From contig JAHRHZ010000013.1 of NCBI GenBank assembly GCA_024137785.1, positions 4,431,782-4,495,781 on the forward strand: DNA of 64,000 bases, in the 5' to 3' direction. This DNA is from Ginglymostoma cirratum (Eukaryota). A model generated the notes under the pieces. That model was not told the origin of the DNA. It worked only from the letters and a program-made list of their open reading frames with translations, and ran no database searches. The translations under genes and the position numbers were made by a program. Below are positions 53,063 to 64,000 of the stretch, one piece after another (positions within the stretch are counted from its first letter, which is position 1; each line of letters opens with the position of its first letter).

Positions 53063-54135
53063 TCTTAATTTTCGTTGATCTTTGTGCACTTCTGTTGCTA
53101 TTCTAGGCTTGACACTGTCTTGGGAAATCCTACAGCTTTGCTCCATACCACTTTTGGCATTCCACAAAGGACTCATTTAGACATTCCTTAATCTACTTTT
53201 GTGAGCAGCAGCGTTAAATACTTCTCCATACTACCTCACTAATATTCCCACCAAACATGCCCAGTGGAAGCTAATCGTGATCATTTCCTCTGCATCCCAC
53301 AAATGCCTCTTTATGGACACTTCAAGCAGATAGACTATCCTCACACCTCACCACCTCTTCTTTCAGACGAAGGCCATTGCTGTCTATGGGTTCATTGAGT
53401 TTGGCTGCACTTAAATCAGGGCCTTGACAGAAACTTGTCTGAGGGATGATTACACTTTTCTGATAAATAAAGACCCAAACCTTTCGATAGAATCAGATCC
53501 TCTCATTACAATGCAGATTAGACAAAGCATTATCTCCTCCGGTTACTCTGTTCTTTCTGGATAGTCTTCTAATGTGAAATCATTCCAACCTCAGTCAGAA
53601 TAAGGATCCTTCTAGGGAGCCAAGCAGAGGAGCTATGCAGAAGCCACACCCCTTTTGTAGACACTGGCTGCTGTCTTCTTTGAAAAGCTATAAGGGGAAT
53701 GTATAAAGCGATAGGGTGACAGGATGGTAGGATGGTAGCTGGGTGGAGTGGCACAGTCCAAGAGTGGCAAGGTGGTAGGTGACTGGTGTAGCAATTGGAT
53801 CAGGTGGCAGGAAGGTAGAGAAGTGAAAGGAGGTGAGGTGAAGTTGGTGGAGCAGGTTTGAGGGTTGGGGTGGGTATGGGTAAAGCAAGACGTCTGGAGA
53901 AACCCAGGGATTCAGGCAGGGTGGGTTCTAGAGAGATGTCAGAGGGTAGAGTGGAGTCAGAGAATTGTGGGTTAGTAGGAGCATATGGGGTCAGGAGGCT
54001 GTTGATTGATTTAGTGGCCAGTGAGTTTGGTTGATTGAGGACAATGGGATAGAGTTTGGAAGGGTCAGTTGTACAGTTATCAGACATTAGACAAGGGTTT
54101 TACTGCTTGCCATTTCGTGGCTAGCTATCCAGGTC

Positions 54136-54910
54136 AGTATAAAAACAAAATACTGTGGATGCTGAAAATCTGAAACTTGTTAGGTGAAATGCCTTGGTGG
54201 AGAGAGAAACAGGGTTTACATTTAGAGTCCAACTTCAGACTGAAAGGGGTTAGAAAATATATTTTTTGACAAAGAGGTTTATATGGGGAACAGTCATTGT
54301 GGAGGCCCCGTGCAAAAGACAAACGTTTCTTAATTGTAGTGAAAGAAAAATGGAGATGTAAAACGGTAATAAGTAAATAAGACAGGCCATTGGGCTTGGT
54401 AGAATGGTGGAGAATGTAAGAAAATTGGAGAACAGACATAATGCAGTCAGGCTGTGAAGTTGACGCCACTCCTCATCACTCCTAACATTTCTTCATTCCC
54501 CATGACTTCATCTTACATAATCCAGGGAAGGTACGATACTTGCCCATTCACCTCCCTGTTCCTCACTGTCCAAGGTGCCAAACATACCTTCCAGGTGAAG
54601 TAGTGTTTTACTTGTAGACCTTTAAATCTAGTGCTGCTTGTAATGCTGTCTCCTTTACATTGGCAAGACCACATTTAGCCTGGGCAATGGCTTGACAGAA
54701 CACCTACACCCTCCACAGGAATGACCCCAACTTCCAGTTGCTTGTCATTTCAATAAACCAACTAGTCTCACATTTCTGTCTTGAGCTTGCTACAGTGTTG
54801 TAACGAAGCACAACACAAGCTCAAGGAGTAACAACTCATTTTCTGCTTAGACATTTTACAACATCTAGGACTCAGTATTGAATTCCACAACTTCATAGAC
54901 TGACCACATG
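54136..54910. mobile_element. Old PLE: inverted 3' end (54136-54420, minus) plus decayed GIY-YIG region (54520-54910, plus)
   Basis: TCPFTSL..VQGAKHTFQVK*CFTC..LLYIGKT..LGNGLTEHLH. Confidence 0.75.
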
Positions 54911-55739
54911 ATGGGCATCAGCCACCAAATCTCTCTTCCATGGACATTAGCATTCAGTATGTGCCAGCCTCTAGCAACCCCTCATGGTACATCTCTGATC
55001 CACTTACAGAAAATGTCTTTACTTCAAACCTGCACCTCCAGCTGTATTGATAACTATTGTTGTAATACTGCAGGAAGGAAACTGTGTTCAGGGGTATATA
55101 TTCAGCTCATAGACTGGACCAGATTGCATCTCCGGGCTCACCACTTGCTGTCATAATATTCAATCTCTCTCCATCTCTCTGAGCCTACCTGGATGTTCAT
55201 AGGATCACTGCTTCTCATTACCTTGCACTTTCAGCCAGAGAATCCCGGTTTACATTTCAATTTCACCACAGTTGTCAGCAAGTCTAAGTTAAGTCAAGGA
55301 GGATAACCTTTGCTCAGAGGATGCAGTAAGTCAAAGGCCACCTCCAATGCCAGTCCAGGGACTTAGAAATGGTCAGTCACCCACTCAGTCGTCAGAATCA
55401 GGCAGCTGCCCACATAAGAGGTGAGGAAACAAATGTCGGGTAGCTCACCAACCGTCTTGAGTCTTTCCACATTATTGTACTGTTTTCCTCCTGGAATGAG
55501 CAAGAAGTAGTTATTGCTTATGATTAAAATGAGCAGAAGTGCTGTTGATTTTGATACAGGTGGAAAGGTCTCCAAAGTGAGTAAGTAAGCAACACAGAGG
55601 GTTAGTGATATTGCAATTTGGGATGGCGAGTGGGGGAAGATGTTGCAATCAGTAATGGGTGGTAGAGCATGGGTTTTGGTTGTGGATTCGTACTGTTGCA
55701 GAGATTGAGGGTGTGAGGTATCAGAGAGAAGATGGTGGC

Positions 55740-55995
55740 ATTTATGCTTGTGGAGCAGAAAAGCACATTGACCTTCTTGCTACAGTGCTGGGTATTCCTC
55801 CAGATGGCTGAGGTTTCACTGAGCCTGGCAGACACCTCAGAACAGTCTAGCATGATCCAGCATTGTGAGCTCTACCAACTGGATGTCCTGTTCTGCGAAG
55901 ACTGTGCGGACATCACCCCATCCAGAGGGACTTCTAGGTTCCTGCCCGCAAAGTAGGGTGCCAAATTTCCCTTCTCTGCCATTTCTAGGGCAAAT
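55740..55995 (-). mobile_element. Harbinger-type Myb/SANT-like remnant
   Basis: MAEKGNLAPYFAGRNLEVPLDGV...SEVSARLSETSAIWRNTQHCSKKVNVLFCS. Confidence 0.65.
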
Positions 55996-57039
55996 GCCCA
56001 GAACCATGCAAGGCAGCTCCAAATTGATAGTACTTGTCCAGGTGCACAATCAAGTTTTATAGATGCCACTGGCACCAGGGATGCTAGTCAATTCTGGGAT
56101 GTATTGTCAGTGATAAATTTTTCCAGCAATGGTACAAGGTAAAATGGGGACTGAATCGGCTGGGAAGGTCGCCAAAGGGACAGAGTAGGTAGTTAATGAG
56201 GTGAGATTGTTAAGCTATGGTAAGGAAAAATGATGAAGTTTCACATCAAAACACCCTCCAAAAACTCAACGCAACTACCACTTAGCTAAAATTAAATAAG
56301 ATTCAGCCTGGAGACTTTGGTGGTTCCCAGAACTAGGGGACATTCCCACTGGAAGTTCAGACTTCATGAAGAAATTACAGTGTTCTTGCATCTGGACTTC
56401 GCTGTGGTCCTAGTATATACTTTGGGGTGCATCTAGTCTCAGATAATCCCCCGCTTGACTATACTATTCACCACTTGTCACGTCTAGACCATTGTAGCAG
56501 CAGCGTTTCACTTGTCACCAATTGTATCCTCATCTGCTGTAACTCCTCTGACACTTTCCCCTCCTTTCAGCATTTTGTCTTGTTCGCCTTCATCTCTCAA
56601 TTAAAGTATTTGTTCTCTACCACCTCCCAAGCAACAAAATGTTTTCTGACTAAAATATCTTCACTGTTTTTCTCTTAGAGGTTTCTGCGCAGAGCGACTT
56701 CTCATCCTAAGCGATTTCAGCTTCCATTCCAACTCATTGATTTCTCTATCCTGTCATTCACTGCCCTTTTATGCTCCCTTAATCATTCCCTCCACATAAA
56801 CTCTCTAATACATAATCACAGTTACCCTTTGACCTTAGTATTTCCATCATGTTCATCACAGATATTGCCATGTCTGATCACTGCATGAATTACTCTCCAC
56901 TCACATTCCTCTTCCTCCTTCAGTTTCTGCAAAAAGGGTAAGCTCGCTCCCAATTCACTGATAATTTTCCTGACTCTGACTCGTTAGTCATCACAACATA
57001 TCTGCAGCTAGCTATCTACCCATTCACACCTCCGACTTA

Positions 57040-57830
57040 ACACCATAAGAAATAGGAACAGGGGTAGGCTAAGATAACAAGGTGTGGAGCTGGATGAACA
57101 CAGCAGGCCAAGCAGCATCATAGGAGCAGGAAAGCTTGACGTTTCGGGCCTAGACCCTTCATCAGAAATGCATTTCTGAGCAACCTGTTTAACCATTGCT
57201 CAGAAATGCATTTCTGATGAAGGGTCTAGGCCCGAAACGTCAAGCTTTCCTGCTCCTATGATGCTGCTTGGCCTGCTGTGTTCATCCAGCTCCACACCTT
57301 GTTATCTCGGATTCTCTAGCATCTGCAGTACCTATTATCACAGGAGTAGGCTGTTCGGCTCCTCGAGCCTGCTCCACCACTCAACAGGATCATTGCTGTG
57401 TTTTTCCTGTAACCTTTGATTCCTCAACTGATCAAGAATCTATCTCAGCCTCAAATATACATGAGGACTCTGCTCCCATAGCTGTCTGTGACACGGAGTT
57501 TAAAAGGCTTTCGGACCTCTGACAGAAGAAAGTCATTTTCATCTCAAGACTTAAATTGGCATCTCTGGTCCTAGAACCCTCCCGTGAGGAGAAGCATCCT
57601 CTCAACGTTTACCCTGTCAAGCATCTTAAGAATCCTATATGTTTCAATAAGGTTACCTCTCATTCTTCTAAACTGCATTGAGTAGAGTCCCAACCTGTTT
57701 AACCATTGCTCATAAGACAATCCCTCCATGTCAGGGATCTAATGGATCTTCTATAAACTGCCTTCAATGAAATAACACCTTTCCTTAAATGAGGGGACCA
57801 AAATTACTCTCAATACTCCAGATGCCTCAG
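57040..57830 (-). mobile_element. CR1 3' fragment hosting the 57071-57339 insertion
   Basis: ataagaaataggaacaggggtaggc 3' end; ctcattcttctaaact; ggggaccaaaattactctcaatactccag. Confidence 0.8.
57071..57339. mobile_element. Near-perfect fold-back pair with two intact hammerhead cores and 13-bp TSD
   Basis: Cores at 57138-57165 (minus) and 57214-57241 (plus); ACAGGGGTAGGCT (57058-57070) / ACAGGAGTAGGCT (57340-57352). Confidence 0.9.
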
Positions 57831-58611
57831 CCCTATTCAAATTGTTATTTCCTCTTCCTCTAGCTGTTCACCAAGTAATGATCACATTTCTCTTTTTCCC
57901 AAGTCTGATAGACTCAGGCTCGAGTACATTTGGCAGACAAGTGGTTTAGCCATTCACATCTGCCTAGATTACATTAAGCTCTATGGGTTCAAGCATGGTG
58001 GGGTGTATGTCTCCATTCAAAATTGCCTTCATATGCTTCAGTCCTGTTTCCACCACCTGCAGCTTCAACAAGTTTGAACAGCTCTGAGTCATTAAAATTT
58101 GAAACCATTTAATTAGCTGCCCCTGCTGCTTCCCTCTCTGTCCTTTGGTTATGAGGTCAAACGTTCCTGAATGTCATCCCTTGACCTAGCATTGAACTCT
58201 AATCTTTCTCTAGTTTTTCTACTATCTCCTCTCATGCCTTTTCTGAGCTTGTCTTGTTCCTGAGACCCTCCTCATGATTCCTTACCTGTATTCCCACAAA
58301 TTCCCTTTGATTCTGCCATTTCCTGATGTTATGAACTGTTCTCTCACCTCAGGTATCGAGCGATCTTCCTCCAAATCTGCTGTTGTCACATATCTGCTCA
58401 AAACCAATTCTTAATCCCTTCCATTCTTCGGATTTATAATCTTTCTTTTTTTCTTTAAAGGTCTTGGATATGTTCTAATTGCCTAAATCCATGCCCATCT
58501 TAGCTGAAACTCTTATATTTTGCACTCTCCAATCTGGTTTCTGTGAGAATCTAAGCTCTAGAACTCCTTTTCTAAATGCCTTTGCCATTGTCATGCCTTC
58601 TCTCCTTCAGC

Positions 58612-59205
58612 AAAAATAGAAATTGCTGGAAAAACTCAGTAGGTCTGGCAATATCTGTGGAGAGAAATCAGAGTTTACGTTTTAGGTCCAGCAGTGACCC
58701 TTCTTCAGAGATGACTGTAGAATACAGCTAAGGAATCACAAGGAGGGTCTCAGGAAAAAGACAAGCTCATAAAAGACATGAGAGGAGATAGTAGAGAAAC
58801 TAGAGAAAGAAACTAGATGGAGAGATATCAGAGATTATGTTTTAGGTCCAGTAGTGACCCTTCTTCAGAAATGACAGTAGCTAGGAGAAGATTAATATTT
58901 ATGCAGAAGATAGGGTGGGGGTGGGGTGTCGGGGCTGGTGGAAATAGAGCCCAAAAGAGAGAGAAAGATAATTGAACAGAAAAAGAATTGGGTAAAGGTC
59001 AGCCTGGGAGAATGAATAGCTGCTGATGGGGTCCATTAGTAGCTGACAACGGGTTGTGTGTGGTGGCAGCCCATGTGGTGTCAAGGCCTAGCCTGAACGC
59101 CTTCTTTCAAGTCATTACCCCAATCCCCACACACCAGGCTGAGTTTTTCCAACAATTTCTGTTTTTGTTTCTGCTTCCAACATCCACAGTTCTTCAGTTT
59201 TTTTC
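58612..59205. mobile_element. Older-family PLE-derived element with duplicated core and captured flank
   Basis: Two copies of gttttaggtccag[c/t]agtgacccttcttcaga (~58679 and ~58839); inverted terminal piece at ~59130-59205. Confidence 0.7.
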
Positions 59206-60179
59206 CTTTACTCCTTCCTTTAAGTCACTCCTTAAAATCTATCTCCATATTCACCTGCCCTTTATCTCCCAATAAATTTGGCTGTTATATAGTATTAAGA
59301 ATGTTTTAATTTATTTTTAATTTATTTTATTAATGTTTGAATTTAATTTATTGTTTTAATTAATTTAATTTCATTTATATCAATAATCTTCAAAACATTA
59401 GTTTTGCCATTTAATTTCTGTCACATGAGCTGCAACAGTTGAAGAAGGTAACACACTACCATCTTCTCAAGAGCAATTTAGGGTAACCAACAAATGCTGG
59501 CCTTGAGAGTGATGTTTATATTCCACAAACAAATATAACAAAAGAAAACAATTGAATATTCAGGAAAATTATGCACAGTTGCTTTGTTCAAGAGAACTCA
59601 GCAGTAGTAAAGTACAAAGACAGTCTACGACAGTGGGAAAATAATCAAATACCCCACAACAAAGACCAGCTACTGAACAAATGTATTTATAATTCCATCT
59701 GTCAATCAAAGGTTTAACTCTCACTCTTCAGGAATATAATTACATAAATGCATGGAAAATGTAAATGGACAAACCTGGTGTTTTGAATTTTACTTAAGCT
59801 CATGAAAGTGTAAATTAATGCATCAAACTATATTGGCGAGAAAATTCACTTGAATTATGGGCCAAAAAATATTCTATGGGTTACAAAAAGGCACAATTGT
59901 AACTTTTATTTGTGCTGTTGAGTTGCAAGACATTACAATAAGTAACACTTGCAAGTACCTAGTATTTGTTATTTGGGTCTGAGTGCTGCTGTTAAGGCCT
60001 CATTTGTTGCCAATTCCCAATTACAATTGAGAAGCAGGGAAGGGATTTTTAGTGAAGGCTGGAAAGAGCGGGCTGCTACAAACTGTATTGCATCCTGGAC
60101 CTCAGAGGGGCAAAAATGCCAGACTGGAGAAATATTAAAATCCTTTTAAAAGTCATTTTGAATCCCCTACCAACATCCT

Positions 60180-61060
60180 TTATGAATAGTATTTAATCAA
60201 CATCAGATCTCAGGAAGAATCAGTATGTGACAGCAATGAGACTTCCAGCTGAATCTTGTCAGTTTGGACAATTGAAATATGATCTCAACCAAGATAGGAT
60301 TGCCTTCAGCAGAAGAGGTCCTGCCATGTGAGCATGTCTGCTGAGAGAAGAGAATCTTTTAAGGAAATTATCAACACATGCAAAAGGTGAACAGTCATCA
60401 ATCATCGGGTACAATATATGACTGGAAGGCCAGATGAGTAGTAATCCAGACTAATGAGGACAACACAATGAAGAAAAGGAAGAAATAGTTCTAGAAGAGA
60501 CAGCAGGAAGATTAAGGCCAGAGTACGTTTAGCCTGGGGCAAACATTGTCCAAACTTCAAGAACTGAATCATTTTGCATCCATGCATTTTGCTGGAAAGA
60601 ACAAAGTAAGCCTGTAAAAGTGACTGATGGAGAGCTGTCAGATAGTTCTGACAAATCACTTTATACCATATAACAGGTTGGTAGTATATCATCTTAAAGT
60701 AATAAATTGAAGAGTTAGAATAATAACAACAGAAGGAGAGTGCCATGTGAACATGATGTTTTAAGCAGACGCTGAAGATGATGATCCAAAATGAAGCCTC
60801 TGAAGGCAAGTTTGATGCTATATGATAGGATGATACTTCTCTCAAAAACAAATAAAGTTGAGAGCCCAAGCAATGTGAAGAATGAAGACCTGATGTTCCA
60901 GAAATTAAGAAAACTCCACTCATTTCAGTTGAAACTAGGCCAACAGTTGGCCAATAACACTACCTCTATCACAGGAGATTTGTAGCATTTCACAGGACAT
61001 CAGACCATTGACTCCTTAACAATCAGTTCTACATTGTGAGAACAATAACATTGAATCACA
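60180..61060 (+). mobile_element. Decayed Gypsy-type gag fragment
   Basis: AESCQFGQLKYDLNQDRI at ~60248-60302 matches the CxFGxLxxxxIRDRI gag motif; downstream boundary uncertain. Confidence 0.55.
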
Positions 61061-63379
61061 TGACCAAGGCATTTGACAGGAGTTGGCGGTGAAGCAACAT
61101 TGGAGAGATTTTTGATGGGCTACAGGTCCTTCTGTAACAGGTCTCATGGGCTCATGACAGCAGACTGGGGAGTTTTAGGAATACCCAACATTCCATTTCC
61201 ACAAAAAGAAGGGCTTCTCTGAGCTTGCTCTGTCCAGCATTGAACAGCAGCATCTGCCAGAGCAGCTGCACACCATTAGGAACAAAGAGCAAAGGTGTGA
61301 CATCGCGATAGAAAGACTTCAGGATTTCCACCTTGCACAGTCTTTAGTAGCACAAACTACTGCTCTGCCAAACCTCACTTTCAACTGATTTGCATTTCAC
61401 CAGCATAAACTAGAACCACAAAAATCAAATGTAGATTAACAATTTTCCCAAGGATTCATTGTTTTATATTTTAAAATGGTTTACATCAGAAACACTCAAA
61501 TGACCCATGAAGTTCCAGAAGTAACATGGGGTCTATGCTCAAGGGAGGGCCCTCCCAAAAGGCTCTCCCACTGTGTATGATGGTAATTGGAGGCACATTG
61601 TTCAGTAGTGCCTGGTTGAGCTTGAGCTGCTCTTGGCATTCAGTCAAAATGTAGAGGTGTTGGCTGAGCACCACAACAGCTTGTTGCTCTGTCAGCCCTG
61701 CAGGGGCAGCCCTTGTCACACAGCATGGCTCCACAGATGCTTTACCTGCCAGCTGGGCCATTGTGGCAGAAAATGATGATGGAACTCCATGAAATGCAGC
61801 TGTTTCACCACCATTAATTACCTCAGCACTATTTTGAAGTCCTAGGTTTCTAGAGTGGACATATCTGAGCTGTATCTTGCATTAACTCCATGCTTCACTG
61901 CACCATTTGTGCCACTGAATAGTCAATACTATTTGAAGGATGTCGTTCTGAAACAGTTAATATTGAAATTATATTTGCTTCATGTAACGTGAGGATATCG
62001 TGCATACTTTGGTTGGAGCAGCAATTAGACTTGTACAAAGTCCCAATGTGATAGACCTAGTTCCAGATTATTGTACTTTGGATTCAAATCACCTCCTAAT
62101 CTAGACATTCCCACAACCCCAAGACCCCAACCTGTCAAAAATTTTGTTTTAGCACTAGTGTGCTCAGCCTCATAATGTTTCCTATTTTATGAATTGATCA
62201 TCCTCTATCCTTTCTAACTATGAACTTCAAACATCCCAATATTGTCAATTTCAGAACAAGTATCTTCTGTGAATCTATGGCGTCAAGGAGCCAGTTTGAA
62301 ACCATTCAATTTCATTTCATCTTAGACAGTTAACAGATAGATAAGACTTTAACTGGATGTTAAAGTTTAAAGTGGATCCTCAGTTCTTTTACTCTGAAGA
62401 AGATGTAAGATGTTGACATCTGTGGACAATGACAAGGTTATCCATAATAACCGTGAGTACAGTCATGCAGCTGCTGGGTGTGGGAAACATTGACGTCCTG
62501 TTCTAGAAGCTGCAGCTACACATATACCTCAGAGGTTTACATGATGGCGGGAAAAATTAGGAGTGTCGTTACTGGACTATTCATTTGCAGAGTTGTGGGA
62601 TTCCACAACATAAACAAAGTGATGATAAGATCTCTGGTCCTGAAGCCCTACACCCATTTCCAACATATCCTATTTCTGTTGGGTAACTTGAAATTCCCAC
62701 ATGGGAAAACCCAAATACAATTGGGTCATTTAAACTTATGACTGGATTCAAACAGACCCTGTTTTGACTGAAGGAGAGCCTTATCCTACAGTGTGCAAGT
62801 TAGAATTTTTAAAAAGTAGGCATGAATGCATATCACCTGTGGATCTGTGAAGTTGTCAAGCTATTAAATCTTCCTTTTAAATTTTGAAAAGAAAATCAGC
62901 CCATCTATTGAAACAAATCTGTGCTTGCAGTTTCAATAGATGTTTGTTCACATAACGCTTAAATGCTACCTTTATAGCATTATTAATCTACGATTGCTTC
63001 CACATCTGGCATTTTCACATTGGAGTCGATAAATTCACAGTTTGACTGACAGCTCCAAGAGGTTACTAAAACATTAACTATCTTTGATTTGGAATTATGA
63101 ATATAAATATTTGTTTTATAAATAATTAAGTACTCCAGGGGATTTAAATGTATCAAATGGGTTTTTATGAATGCAAGATTTTTTTTCAACACAGTGAAAT
63201 CTATGCCAATACTTAGAAATATATTTTGCTTCATTCAACATGGGTCCCGAGGTCTGTCTGTAGTGGTTATTGGATGATTTGTAGTGGAAGTTGGACAGAA
63301 AAAGTGGGGTGGATGGGGTGTATAGGTTGGCATGACTTGGCACTAGGTTGGCATAGGATCTATAAGTGGCCTGGTATAG

Positions 63380-64000
63380 CGTCTAATAATTATGATACTA
63401 TGAAGAAGGCTACGCCTAATGCATGTGAGTTAGTTCCAGACGTTTACAAATATTGGACTAGAAATATGATGAATTTTTTTAAGGAAAAGGAGAGGGATTT
63501 GATAATTGGCATAGAGCTATGAATTTTAAGCAAGATACTGAAATTGTTAGATAATATTAATGGAAGAATTTAGTAACAGTATTCCTTTAAGGATAAAGTT
63601 CCACCAAGGAGACCATCAAGTTTCTAAGGTGAGAGAAGTGCCGTTATTATTGTAGGCTATTAACTATTCCACAAGTGCATAGTTAGCAGTAAACCTTACT
63701 TAACAAATCTACACAAACTGGAGAGAAATGTGTCAAAATAACGAACAGAACACTAATTACAGTGAGGGGAATACCAAATATGTGAAGACAGATTCTCCTT
63801 AGAATAGTAGAAAAAAGACAATGTGAGAGTTAGGTATGATTTGAGGTGACCAACATATCACTTTTACCATAAGATGTGGCATGTAAAAGCAGATGGGTGG
63901 CTATTAAAAGCTAAGCCAGTGGAATTAAGGGAATGTCTAGAGTTTTTCCAGAAATTGCTGTCCCAGTGAGTGAAGCTTACAACAAATCAGCACCACATAA
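63380..64000 (+). mobile_element. Highly decayed CR1 ORF2 fragments
   Basis: attcctttaaggataaagttcc, agtgaggggaatacc and gtgaccaacatatcacttttaccataag resemble CR1 endonuclease-region sequence. Confidence 0.4.

Larger units (their letters stand above)
53300..59280 (+). mobile_element. Ancient L2 LINE broken by nested insertions (pieces ~53300-53480, 56400-56990, 57830-58610, 59205-59280)
   Basis: ALTETxL (APE N-terminus), FLTKISSL..ERLLILSDF, then RT-proximal sequence, in colinear order. Confidence 0.6.

Noticed and set aside
59300-59390. AT-rich tract
   Set aside because: Low-complexity sequence with no regular period or structure.
60402-60923. 173-aa hydrophobic minus-strand ORF
   Set aside because: Antisense of an A-rich decayed retroelement region; no recognisable domain.

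Overview
Eukaryotic, CpG-poor, repeat-dense vertebrate DNA with two 100-N scaffold gaps. The repeat inventory (HE1-type tRNA SINEs, CR1/HER1-type LINEs, Neptune-type Penelope-like elements) points to a cartilaginous fish, probably a shark (inference). I recognise no intact host protein-coding gene; the window looks intronic or intergenic, and nearly all listed ORFs are transposon remnants or noise. It contains Penelope-like elements (PLEs) with a GIY-YIG endonuclease, an RTE LINE, CR1 and L2 fragments, decayed Gypsy gag/protease pieces, a probable solo LTR, and Harbinger DDE and Myb/SANT remnants. The most striking signal is a family of short PLE-derived units carrying a minimal hammerhead-ribozyme-like core (CTGA[T/A]GA-AGGGTCTAGGCCC-GAAACGTC). 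These occur as TSD-flanked monomers, head-to-tail tandems and fold-back pairs, and in at least two cases have copied nearby genomic DNA into their junctions. All family assignments are from motif recognition by eye; no database search was run, and boundaries of old repeats are approximate.
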